This document shows, in pieces, positions 37,321-50,664 of a stretch of DNA of 64,000 bases (positions are counted from its first letter, which is position 1; each line of letters begins with the position of its first letter). The translations under genes and the position numbers were made by a program. Below the pieces are notes generated by a model that did no database searches, was not told where the DNA came from, and saw only the letters and a list, made by a program, of their open reading frames with translations. Source of the stretch: Octopus sinensis (taxonomy: Eukaryota); the NCBI RefSeq assembly GCF_006345805.1, contig NC_042999.1:170934001-170998000 (forward strand). Reading direction: 5' to 3'.

Positions 37321-39821
37321 TATTGACATCATATTTATACTAGTAAATGACCACTTGCTCTTCTAGTGTTTGTTTCTTATAACATGCTCCACTTGTTTTC
37401 TTCGTTGCTAATTCTGACAGCTATCAGCCTCTGCATATCTTGTTTTAACGGAGAATATTTTATCTTTATGTTTATTTGGTTTATCTCAGTATAGGAAGGA
37501 ATGAGCAAGCATTTTTCAGTGAGATGATTAGATGTGTTTGCGCCTCTTTTTCAGAATTACATTTCATATCTTTTGTACAGAAGTTCTTCCAACGAGAGGT
37601 AATGTTTTGTGATACACTACCTAAGTATTGAATCCACGTGTTCTGTTTCGACCACAGGTTGATTCTTTTTGGTGAAGTATTTGTAATTTTGTGTGCAGCT
37701 TTTAATATTTGCCTATACAAGTTTTTTTTTGTGTTAAAAACTAACTATTGTTTTCAAATTGAATTTTTACATTATAAAGGTTTACGGTGGTCGGTTCGTA
37801 ACTATGGATGTTCGTAAGTCGGACATTCTTAACTGGGGGACTGCCTTTATACCGTTTCAGTTCAATAGTTTAAACTATTTTCAATGTCATACGCAAGATG
37901 TCTGCGTCTATAAATGTTAAAAAAATATACAAAGAGAACGAATATTTAATGTTTGTTTTCAGACGATAACGTTTGAAGCTTTAAAAAAAATCTATAAAAT
38001 AAATATTGATAACAATTGACTGTTAAATAATTTATGAAACTTCAGCATCGTAATGTTTTGATATCTTCTCTCTCTCTCCCCCCCTCTCTCTCTCTCCCTC
38101 TCTCTTTTTTGTGAATGGCACTGTGTAAAGCAAGTAAAATGATTTAGTAAACATCGGTTTAAATCGATTTTTATATTCCTCTCACAAGGAACTTTTTCTT
38201 GATTCAAGACTTGTAGAATTTTGATAAATATATTTAGTTTATTTTGACAAAGAGCAAAATACACATAGTTGGAGTGGAGAGAATGAAGAACAGTATTTTC
38301 AGTTGCTAAACATTTCCATAGATCAGTCACAGTGACAATACTTTCAATCAGTGGTTAATGTAATATCGTATTCCCTGCTTGATTTTTTATTGAGGTCGCT
38401 TCCAAGGATGTAGAAAGTAAACAGCAATAAAACAGGTACCAAGCAATCATTTAGCATGTTGTGAGTTATAAACGAATAGGGAAGAGCAAATCAAAATTTA
38501 AAATTGATATAAAGCTACCCTAAGAATCGTAAAGCAAACAAAATTTTAAGCAATCAAGACTATATTTATATGGAAAAGTAGAAGAAAGTAAAGTGTGCAA
38601 ACATAAAAGTTAACAGATAGTCAAGTCATTAGATTAATAACATTCAGAGGAAACACAAGATGGAAGTTTGTGGTAAGCGTAACCATAAAAATATTAATAG
38701 ACAAGAGAGATGCAGAAGCGATTGGAGAGTAGCAGAAGTGTTGTATTCCAGATAGTACCAGTAGTAACACATATTTAATAGTGAACTTGTTCAAAGACAG
38801 AAAGTCCACCAACATAAACATCCACCACGCAACTGTGATAAAATACAAAAGCTTACATTCATAAGAAAATTAAGGACGAGATCGATACAAAGAATGAGTC
38901 ATTATAGCAGCTGATTTAGCTGTGGAGCAAATACAATCCTTCCAAGTAAGTCCGTTAACATTTAAGTATGAAATTATAGAATACTCAGGAAGAAAATGGG
39001 GTTGGTAGCAAATAACCCTCAAACAAGTGATAATCAACTCGTAGCCAAACTTGGCATTATCACTTATGACTCATTCTAGCCATGGATGTGTTCCCGGAAA
39101 AGCGAAAAATCATAGGTAAATATATTCCATAAAATTCATAGATCATTATAAATTGTAGTCTAGAGAGGCATTGAGCAGTAAATCTGCAATAGAAATTTAC
39201 CTTTATGCACTGGACCGTTACATGATATGAAAAATGGAAGCATGTTTTCCAATAATGAGCAGTCTAGACAATAGTTGGATGCAAACAGGTTTCCGAAATA
39301 TTTTCTGAAAAGTTATCTGTATTCTCGAGAGCTGCAATCAGTAATAAGAATTTACATTAGAGGAATGAGTTCAGTTAGGGATATAATTTTCGAGCTCTAA
39401 GTGCTAAAACATTTACTGTCGAGTATGTCAAAATCCGGAACGATTATAAATTTTTAGTGTTAAATATTCCAAATAAATCCGAAGTTGTTACTTTATATTA
39501 GATCTGCATGAAATCAATAAATGTGTTTAAACTAATATGCTCACCATAGCATTCTATTTTAAAGTATTCCGTAAATAGTACCAATTAAGTAATAAACACT
39601 GCCATAAAAACCGAAAAGCAACTGGCAAATTAAAAGCAACTTAAGTTTATTGAAGCAAACATATTTTCTAATAGCTTGTTTATTCCTGTCTCATGCACAC
39701 ACGCTTGATATATTTTTATATCCGATACTGTACACGCGCATGGAGTAATATATGTGCGTGTGTGTGTATGTGTGTGTATATGTGTATAAATGTATGTATA
39801 TTGTTTCTATATGCGCGCGTG

Positions 39822-39869
<48 letters not shown>

Positions 39870-40130
39870 ATATATACATACCCACATTTATATGTCTATA
39901 TTTTATGTACATATATACACGCACTGACATACACATACATATATCCATAGACACATACACACATATAAACATATATGCTCATAAACGTATACATGGCTAT
40001 TGATACAGACTGCAGCCTTAGTTCTTTTCATACTGCACTGATTTACCAGCGTCATTTTTCTAATTTTTTATAATGACTGAAAGCCACTTTTTCTTTTCGA
40101 CTTGTTATGATCAATGTGACCAAAATATTA

Positions 40131-40302
40131 GGCATGACTGTGGTTACGAACCTCACTCTGCATCCACGTGGTTTTAGTTTCAGTCCCACTGCGTGGCACT
40201 CTTAGCAAATATTTTTTCTTTTAATCATAGCCGGGAGACTACTAATGCCATGAGAAGGAATTTTGTAGAAAGAAACTGTGCGGCACGCTATATATGTATT
40301 TA

Positions 40303-40335
<33 letters not shown>

Positions 40336-40570
40336 TGGTGTGTGTGTGTATGTGTGTACGTGTACGTGTATAAGTGTGCATGTGTGTGTGTATAAGTGTG
40401 TATTTGTTTTATTAATTCTAGCGCTTGGGAACTGCTGTTGGTTTGTTTACGGCACTTATCCAAGTGGTGTGGTGGAATAGACCGATAGGATAACTGCCAG
40501 ACTCCAAAATATGTACTGGAATTGGTTCACTCGGCATGACCGTCGCCCAGTGGCTGAAGCAATCAAAGCC
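40131..40570 (+). mobile_element. Degenerate family A SINE
   Basis: tttcagtcccactgcgtggcac head, (TG)n middle, agaccgatagga and catgaccgtcg..tggctgaa tail. Confidence 0.7.
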
Positions 40571-41458
40571 TAATATAGTACATATATGCATACACACATA
40601 AACGCATATATGTGTATGTATGCATATGCGGGTATAAGTTTGCGTTTGTGCATGATTTAGAAAGACACTTGAATTATTTGCAATTCTATGAAAGGTTAGC
40701 TTAAACATAGAAAATAGTTTTTTGTGATATAAAGATGATTGGTTCTTATACAATATTTTGTGTCTGTGGTATTCAATGTCAGCTGGATGTGGTCTATTGC
40801 GTATTTTAAATAAATGTTTGAAAACTAGGTTGCTGTATATCTCCATTAAATGTATCACTCAAACTCGTAGAGAGATGATGTTTTTCTTTCACTTTTTAAA
40901 TATAGGATCAGTTATCATAATCAGCTATAAGCTTTGTTTATGGCTGGTAGAGTTTACCTGAAATCACCAAAGAGAATCTTTTTAATTCTACACATCATGT
41001 TAGTATTACTTGCGTTTGTAAATTATCTGAATGCACAATGCAAAAGCTAGCCAAATTTGTACATTTTCTGGTGCCTGGATAAATGTTGACATTTACACAA
41101 ATTGCAATAGTTTTCTTACATATGCAAACAAATGGCAATAGTTTTCTAACATATGCAAACATGTCAACAAAACTATCATGACCGATATTTTATATTCGGT
41201 AACGTTTTCCCTGGCAATTTCTTTGATCAAATATATTTCATATGAAAGAATATTATGTGTTACTATAATGTAGTTCTTATGTTTGTAAAAATCAAATTAT
41301 CTGCAAGTCCCATAATTATTCCTTATATACATTAGCATGTGCCATAATTAATCCTACAAATGTAGGCATTTGATCGCATTTTATTTCATAATTTTAATTA
41401 ATTTATATGGAATTGTATCCGGTATTTCAAATTTAGTCAGTTTATTATTAACATTATA

Positions 41459-41874
41459 GGCGCAGGAGTGGCTGTGTGGTAAGTAGCTTGCTAACCAACC
41501 ACATGGTTCCGGGTTCAGTCCCACTGCGTGGCATCCTGGGCAAGTGTCTTCTGCTATAGCCCGGGACGACCAATGCCTTGTGAGTGGATTTGGTAGACGG
41601 AAACTGAAAGAAGCCTGTCGTATGTATATATATATATATATACGTATATGTGTGTGTGTGTGTGTTTGTGTGTCTGTGTTTGTCCCCCTAGCATTGCTTG
41701 ACAACCGATGCTAGTGTGTTTACGTCCCCGTCACTTAGCGGTTCGGCAAAAGAGACCGATAGAATAATCCTGGGCTTACAAAGAATAAGTCCCGGGGTCG
41801 AGTTGCTCGATTAAAGGCGGTGCTCTAGCATGGCCACAGTCAAATGACTGAAACAAGTAAAAGAGTAAAGAGTA
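41459..41874 (+). mobile_element. Full-length tRNA-derived SINE family A (CORE-like central motif possible)
   Basis: A box tggctgtgtgg, B box ggttcagtcc, cctgggcaagtgtcttc motif, (TA)(TG) middle and gagtaaa tail repeats. Several other copies occur in the window. Confidence 0.92.
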
Positions 41875-42744
41875 ATTATAATCAGGTTGTTATATTAACA
41901 TATTTGCGGCACATTTGATTTCATGTAAACGATTACAATTTCGGCAAGGATGTGAGATTTGACAAGTGGAACATCAGTGAGATGTTTTAAATTATCCAAT
42001 CCAAGTATTGTGAATATATTCACCCCATTTTATAGTTGGTAAACAACAATTCCAAGCATTTTTTTTTTACTTTTGTACAAAGCTAGAAACAACGGCTGCC
42101 GAAAGATTTTTGATTAACCTTTATGCATTTAGCACGCATGATGCATTTCTTTCTTCTGTCACCAAAGATTCCAGGAACATGTGCTTCCTAATTATATCAA
42201 TGGAAATTCGAGTAATAATTAAGTTTGCTAATTAGGCGCTAATTAACCTCATAGTAAGTTTAGCCAGAATTCTGAAAGATACTCAAATAAATGCGTGCAA
42301 CTGCACGTAGAAGATTTAATTTTTGCTTCGTATGTTTAAGGTCTAAAGTGTGATCGTTATATTATGATGAAAATTTTCGAAAGAGATATTCTAGTAACTG
42401 ATTTAATGCTTTGAAAATATTTCAGTACTATACACATTTTGGAGTTCCAGTAGTCTCTATAGATGTTTGCATCTGATTCGATATATGTCAATATAAATTC
42501 AGTAGTATAATATACAGAAAACAGAGAGTTTGAATACAGCAAAATCAATTTATTTACATAACTGTCGATTACGAAATGCCTATGATAGTTTCAATATCCA
42601 CATTAATATGCCCACGGGCACATGGCGTAGTGGTTAAGAGCGCGGTCTACTAACCCCAAGATTCCGAGTTCGATTCCAGGCAGTGACCTGAATAATAATG
42701 ATAATAATAATAATAATAATAATGATAATAAATATTATTGTTAA

Positions 42745-44370
42745 TAATATAAATGTTACGGCAAAAAGATCAGCCACCTTTTATATATGGATGACCTAAA
42801 ACTATACGCTACAAATGACAAACAGCTGGAAACACTACTAAAGACAGTTCATGGATTTACCAAAGAAATAGATATGAAATTTGGATTAGAAAAATGCGCC
42901 AAAGTAACCCTGAAAAGAGGAAAACTAATTAAGAGTAGCAACATCACACTAGATAAAACCAATGAAATAAAAGAATTAGACCAAAGCCAAACTTACAAAT
43001 ACTTAGGAATCCGTGAACTAGATAAGACACAACACACGCAAATGAAAGAGAAAATAAAAAAAGAATATTATAGACGAGTCAGATCAATACTGAAAACAGA
43101 GCTCAATGCTAAAAACAAGATAATAGGTATCAACACTTTAGCCGTCCCAGTTATAAGTTACAGCTACAATATCCTTAACTGGACACTAAATGAACTGACC
43201 AAAATAGATAGGAAAACAAGAAAAATAATGACAGGATCTAGGATGCATCATCCAAAATCTGACATAGAAAGGCTATATATACAACGTATAGATGGTGGTA
43301 GAGGCCTTATACAGGTGGAAAACTACTATAAAATAACCGCCATAGGACTTCAAAAATATCTGCTTCAGAAGGAAGGAAAACCGATACAAATAGCGGCAAA
43401 ACACGAGCAAAACAAAAAACTGTTCTCAGTATTTAAGGAAGCTGACAAATACAAACAAGAAATCATACCACCTAACAAAGAAGAAGAAGAAGAAGAAGAA
43501 GAAGAAGAAGATGAAGAAAGAACAAAAGCTATAAAACAAATGAAATCCAAACTAAAAATAGAACAGCAACGAACCATGATAAAATGATGGCAAGAAAAGC
43601 CCCTTCATGGCAAATACTGGACTAAACTAAATGCAAAAGAAATAGACAAAGAAAAATCCCAACAGTGGTTGAGAAGCTCAGGACTCAAAGCAGAGACAGG
43701 AGGATTTTTAATTGCAGCACATGACCAAAGCCTCCCCACCAGAAATTACCAAAAACATGTAATGAAAAGAAATATAACAAGTAACTGCAGAATATGTGGA
43801 GATGGACAAGAAACAATATATCATATTATCTCTGGCTGCCCAGTCTTGGCTAAGAAGGAATATATTCACAGACACGACAGAGTTGGGACCTATATACCCT
43901 GGAAACTATGCCAACATTATGGAATAACAACAGAAAAAAGATGGTAAAGGCACACATCAGAAAAGGTCACAGAAAACGAGAAAGCAACCATACTCTGGGA
44001 TATGCCAATACACACAGATAGAGAAATTAAGGCCAACAGACCAGATATAGTTGTCAGAGATCATGAAGAAAAAAAAATGTTTTCTAAAACCAGAATGTGG
44101 AATCTAAAAACAGAAACAATTCCTATCATAATAGGTGCATTAGGCATGATAAAAAAATATTCTGACAGATACATAACAAAAACACCAGGACTTACAAACA
44201 CATATAACATACAGAAAATTGCACTACTAGGCACCGCACACATCCTACGCAGAACACTTTCCATACAATAACCATCAGAGCATCACAACAAATCACAGCA
44301 CATACCCAAGGCACACAGAGCTGCGCTCGGTAGTGAAATGAAAGCACGATATAAAAATATACTACTGAAT
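42745..44370 (+). mobile_element. 5'-truncated R4/Dong LINE (RT end, CCHC, REL, 3' UTR)
   Basis: HLLYMDDLKLY, YKYLG, HHPKSDIERL, SSGLKAET, CRICGDGQETIYHIISGC, RHDRVG, ANRPDIVV, QKIALLGTAHILRRTLSIQ*. In-frame stops at 43585 and ~43945, and a deletion near 44080. Confidence 0.95.
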
Positions 44371-44427
44371 AATAATAACATCGAAAAATACCTTAGAAAT
44401 GAGAACCCAGATTCGAAATTTCCCCAA

Positions 44428-44473
44428 GACATCTGATGAAGGCTGGAGGGTATATCAGCCGAAATGTTGTGTT
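44428..44473 (+). ncRNA. Minimal hammerhead ribozyme motif in the SINE C body
   Basis: GACAU-CUGAUGA-A-GGCUG-(10 nt)-CAGCC-GAAA-UG-UU-GUGUU. The 59.9-kb copy keeps GAAACGUU. Confidence 0.6.
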
Positions 44474-44794
44474 AACAACAAACAAGATAAGGACAAATAT
44501 CCGTCAAATGTAAATAATGTAAATAATGTACATAATTCCTCATCTCTTAAATATAGAACTGTATTATCCACCTTAATTTATTTTACAATCAATAATTGCA
44601 TTATGAGTTCAGAAGGCAGAAATCTCTTCCTAATAGAATCCTAATAGAATCAGTGCTCATTATTTACATCCTAATAGAATCAGTGCTTATTATAGACTAA
44701 GATAGCAGCATGCGTTTTGTTTTTGTGTGTGTGAGTGTGTGTTTGCACTTTCGCCTTTAAGCTTAACTGTCGTATGTGTCTTCTTTCTCTATGT

Positions 44795-44857
<63 letters not shown>

Positions 44858-46762
44858 GTTATTTGTCTTTGAAGTTCTGTTTTAAAAATAGCCAAAATTT
44901 AAACTTTCACGATAGCAGAAGAGTGGTTAGCTGCCGTTTTAAATTCTCCAAACGGCAGCTAGCCACTGTCCTACTATCGTCAAACATTAAATTTTGGCTA
45001 TTTTTAGAACAGAATTCCAAAGACAAATAACCTGTCACGCACATCTAAAGAAAAAGAAGATACATACGAAATTAAGCTTAAAGGCGAAAATGCTAATGCA
45101 CACACACACATACACACAAAAAAAAATGCTGCTATCTATAATGGAACCTCAATCTATTAGGATGTAAAGATAAGTATGTCGATTTTGACCTTGAAATTGC
45201 GGGTCTATTTTTTTCATTCTAAAGAAGTCAGTAAAAAAGTCTGAAAATTAGTTATAATAATGTAGCATTCCAATCTCATTGCTTTGAAGGTATGATGTTG
45301 TGGAGAGAAAAAATTACAGAGAAAGAAGTTACAGGTGTTTAAAAAATCGGAAAAAACTGGGTATTTTTAGCCAATATGTGAAACAGAAATTTTCTGCATT
45401 TAGCGGAGCGGTGTCAACTTTAAGGTTGTACCCTCTAAAATGTAGCGTCTGACCTGTTCATTGTAGGTTTGTAAATAAACAGAAATACCTAATAAAATCA
45501 TGTATCATCTGGATCTAGTCTCATTCATTGATTATATTTTTTGTTGTTTTTTTTAATTTGCTATATTAATATATTTGTTTGTATGTGTTTATTTTATGCG
45601 TATTTCAGTATCATGTATACCTGCCATGTATTTATGTACATCATTAATATATAAATGTGTGTGTAATATATAAATGTGTCTGTCTCCAAAATTCCAAAGT
45701 TGAGTAACGTTTTCCTGCTTGCAATTGTTAACTACGATAAGAATAAATACCCAAACAGCACAGAAAAATACTAACACACAGAAGCAGAAAAATATGTAAA
45801 TATGTAAATATGTAAATTAAAACAAAACACGCTAGTCAAAAGAATCACGTGGTGTTAAGAGTCAATTGTTAAAAATTAATATCGAACAACGTGCGTCACA
45901 GACAACAATAAAGTAAACCACGGGGTCACAGACAACAGTGAGACAACTGTGAAGTAAACGAAAACAGAGTGTGCTGTTGTCATGGTAACAAACTACTAAT
46001 GCTACGCTGTCTGCTGATTGGCTAAAATTACCCAAATTTCCCAAATTTAATTCAAAATAATATCAGATTCTTTAATTTACGAGATAAAGTAAATGGTTGA
46101 TCATAATCAAGATTCAGAGATGTATTGATACACCAAAAATGAAAGCAATCTGAGCAAAATTAAGAGATGCTCATTTTGCGAATGAGAAAGACTAGATCCG
46201 AAATTTCTGCCTTCTGAACTCACAATGCAATTGTTAATTATAAAATAAATGAAAGTGGATATTGAAACTATCGCAGGCATTACATGATCGACAGTTATGT
46301 AAATATATTCACTTTGCTGTATTCAAACTTTCCGTTTTCTCTCTATTATACTGCTATGTATACACACACACACACACACATTATGTAACATAAGAGTAAA
46401 CACATTTTTATATTATTGTTCCTACGTGTGTTTCACTATTATGGATACAGGTATCTACAAAATAAATTCAATAGATTATTCCCTGACCATACGCTGTGGT
46501 TGAGTACCTGCAATAACTATTTCTGAGCTCCAATCAACCATAATGTTGAAGTGCACATATGAACTATGATACAATCTAGCATTTATCATTATTTCTACAT
46601 TTGCTCTGTTGCTCATTACTAGTTATACTACTCTCTATAGAAGTTAATTAACAACTATACAGGAAGCGGATTGGATTACGATAATATATAGCGAGCTCTA
46701 AACAGAAGAATGACAGTCATACATTTTATTTGTACACACAATTTCCACTATATATATATATA

Positions 46763-47170
46763 TACTCTTACTCTTTACTCTTTTACTCTTTTACTTGTTT
46801 CAGTCATTTGATTGCGGCCATGCTGGAGCACCGCCTTTAGTCGAGCAAATCGTCCCTGGGACTTATTCTTTGTAAGCCCAGTACTTATTTGCCGAACCGC
46901 TAAGTGACGGGGACGAAAACACACCAGCATCGGTTGTCAAGCTATGCTAGGGGGACAAACACAGACACAGAAACACACATACACACACATATATATATAC
47001 ATATATACGACAGGCTTCTTTCAGTTTCCGTCTACCAAATCCACTCACAAGGCATTGGTCGGCCCGGGGCTATAGGAGAAGACACTTGCCCAAGATGCCA
47101 CGCAGTGGGACTGAACCCGGAACCATGTGGTTGGTTAGCAAGCTACTTACCACACAGCCACTCCTGCGCC
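46763..47170 (-). mobile_element. Full-length family A SINE
   Basis: Near-identical reverse complement of 41459-41874. Confidence 0.92.
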
Positions 47171-47191
47171 TATATATATATATATATATAT

Positions 47192-47380
47192 AGGGAGTGC
47201 GTTGAAAAGTTCCTGGATTTGGGGAAAAATACTGGAGAATCAGTTAATTATGATTTTATTTAACATATTCCCCTCTCAAATTCACACACTTTTTGCAGCA
47301 ATTCTGCATATTTTTAAGGCCTGTAAAAGAACTCGGAAGGTTAGGCCTCCAACCAGGCCTTTCGTGAAAAACCTTGTTGC
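47192..47380 (+). mobile_element. Tc1/mariner-like terminal fragment
   Basis: Starts after (TA)n with gggagtgcgttgaaaagttcctgg, similar to mariner TIRs. The second TIR was not found. Confidence 0.5.
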
Positions 47381-47998
47381 TTGAATTGTTACACATTTGC
47401 AACACTGTTTTATTATATTAAATAGCTTTATAATAATGGTCTACACAAGATGATGAAGCTACCGAAAGTTTAGGTAGATAATAACAATACACTTGCAGAC
47501 AAACGCTCTTATGTAAGTCTCATATTGAGAACATTGGTTTGACATTACAATGTTTCTAAATCCATTAGACTCCCGATACGAGACTCTTATAATCATACTT
47601 TTAAAATGAACTTATATATATATTTATAGTTGAACAAATGAAGGCAACCTAAATAGTGATATTCGAAATCATTTAATAAGTATGTTTAAGGTGCGCGTAA
47701 TATATAATAGTAAATGCATCCATTTCGTAGACACTCCTCTGTTAAAACATTTCAAAATATCTTGAAATGTTTTAATCGAGGTAGGTCTTATGTAATGGAT
47801 GCATTTCCTGTTATAAATTATACACATATGAAACGTACGTATCAAATGATTTCAAAATATGACTATTTAGTTTGCTTTCATTTTCGCAAATTATAAGGTT
47901 CGGTGCTAGTACAAACTAGCCGGTCCAGACGTCACTTAAAAGGATACTCTAACAAAGATTTGTAGTAGTTAGTTATGCTGCTTAGTGTAACAAGATAG

Positions 47999-49075
<1,077 letters not shown>

Positions 49076-49120
49076 ATGTATGTATTATGTATGCATGTGT
49101 GCATGTGTGTATGTATCCGT

Positions 49121-49250
49121 AACTTAGCCGTTCGGTAAAACAGAGTGGCGGAAAAAGTACTTGGGCTAAAAATAAGCTCTGGAGTCGATTCGTTCTACTA
49201 AAACACATTAAGGCATGACCGAAGTCTAATGACTGAAACTAGTAAAGGAA
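49121..49250 (+). mobile_element. Family A SINE 3' fragment
   Basis: cttagccgttcggtaaaa..aagtacttgggct..gtcgattcgttc..atgactgaaac. Confidence 0.65.
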
Positions 49251-49305
49251 ATAAAATATATATGTATCTGTATATGTATATGTGTTATATATGTATATAT
49301 AATAC

Positions 49306-49337
<32 letters not shown>

Positions 49338-49338
<1 letters not shown>

Positions 49339-50015
49339 AGCAATAATAAATCTTTGAACGAGGTATAAACAGTAACTGCACGACAATGTGAGGTATACTT
49401 CCCATCTCAATATGGCTAATCACTAAGAGTGGGTGTTACTGTAGCTTGTAGCCCCAGAACATCGTCTCCAGCTGGCTTTAGGCACACATTCTGTGCCCTT
49501 GTGGGATTTGCAAAGGGAGGTCACCCTTCTCTCGTCAACCTAAGTGATACGCACGGACTGCAGTTTCTAGGTTTTGACCTGTCATCAGCGTACGACAATC
49601 ACCGGTTTTCGATGAAAAGGTGTTCCAATGCAAATCCTTATATCGTTTTTCCAGTAACTTTTCGTCAGTGATCTCGAAAAAATGTATGCAAGCAATAATA
49701 AATCTCTGAACGAGGTATAAACAGTAACTGCACGACAATGTGAGGTATACGTGCCATCTCAATATGGCTAACAACTGAAGGTGGGCGTTACTGTAGTTTG
49801 TAGCCCCAGGAGAACATCGTCTCCTTAGGTTGACGAAGGAAGGGTGACCTCCCTTTTCAAATTCCATAAGGGCACAAAAAGTGTGCCTAAAGCCAGCTGG
49901 AGACGATGTTCTCCTTGGGCTACAAGCACATTGTCGTGCAGTTACTGTTTATACCTCGTTCAGAGACTTATTATTGCTTGCATTCAGTTTTTCGAGTTCA
50001 TTGACGAAAAGTTAC
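49338..50015. mobile_element. Penelope-type pLTR arrangement (direct partial tandem plus inverted copy)
   Basis: 49338-49470 is repeated at 49690-49825. 49824-50015 is the reverse complement of parts of 49420-49545 and 49645-49740. Confidence 0.7.
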
Positions 50016-50594
50016 TGGATTAACGATATAATACATGCATGTATTTATATATGCATGTATAGTCCTGTGGGTCAGTTAATAATCATAAGAGCTGCTGAGC
50101 CGTTATTTATATCTAATTTCCAACATTATTTGCAAGCTGTCTGACAATCTTCTGCTGATAAATTTTCCTGCTTGCCAATGTCGTGTCATGTTACAATTGG
50201 CCTGGTGAATGTTTCCGAATACAATTTTGCAGGTTCTTTATTTTCTGGTGTTAATAAGATACTCGTACTTGACAAACTAATTCATATTACCACTTGCAGT
50301 TATAGTTTTTCTGGAGTTGGGCTATATCATGATGTTTGATACTGATTCTCATCATGTCGATGTTGTTTGCACAATGTATGTTACACTAAGGCGCACACAT
50401 CGGTTTTTCTTTGACATATTCCTCATAGCTTCATGAAAGCTATTCGCAGTTTTTTTCTGTTTGATTGTGCTTCTTTTTGTTGGGTGAGGGCAATTGGAAG
50501 TAGCAATTTAACGATTGAATTAGTACGTGATATTGATAACAAAAGTGTCTCGCACAAGTTCCAAAATCATTTCGTACGAAAGATAACTATGGCA

Positions 50595-50664
50595 CAGGCG
50601 TGGATGTGCACGAAGGAGTTTACTTCCCAACGAAATGGTTCCGGGTTCAGTCCCACTGCGTGAC
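50595..50664 (+). mobile_element. Family A SINE head joined directly to a CR1 fragment
   Basis: caggcgtggatgtg..ggttccgggttcagtcccactgcgtg. Confidence 0.7.

Larger units (their letters stand above)
42608..44564 (+). mobile_element. SINE family C (tRNA head, (AAT)n, hammerhead-bearing 3' body) with a 13-bp TSD, interrupted by a Dong LINE
   Basis: Head 42616-42688 has A box tggcgtagtgg and B box gagttcgattcc. The 3' body 44378-44564 matches 59873-60057. TSD tatccacattaat (42595-42607) / tatccaccttaat (44565-44577). Confidence 0.85.
42501..46355. mobile_element. Non-autonomous DNA transposon-like element with ~165-bp terminal inverted repeats; the left TIR is split by a nested SINE and LINE
   Basis: 42501-42607 joined to 44578-44623 is the reverse complement of 46203-46355 (e.g. 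gtttgaatacagcaaa..tttacataactgtcgat..tagtttcaatatccac..gagttcagaaggcagaaat). No transposase ORF. Confidence 0.8.

Noticed and set aside
38621-38848. Hydrophobic 75-aa ORF and nearby candidate micro-exons in 37400-39400
   Set aside because: No motif, no consistent exon chain, and the length is expected by chance.
42616-42688. tRNA gene
   Set aside because: A/B boxes are present, but the acceptor and anticodon stems are mismatched. It is followed by a repeat body seen twice and bounded by a TSD, so it is a SINE head.
49585-49620. Hammerhead-like words (GAAA and CUGAUGA) on the minus strand
   Set aside because: The order and stems do not fit a hammerhead fold, and there is no valid UH site.
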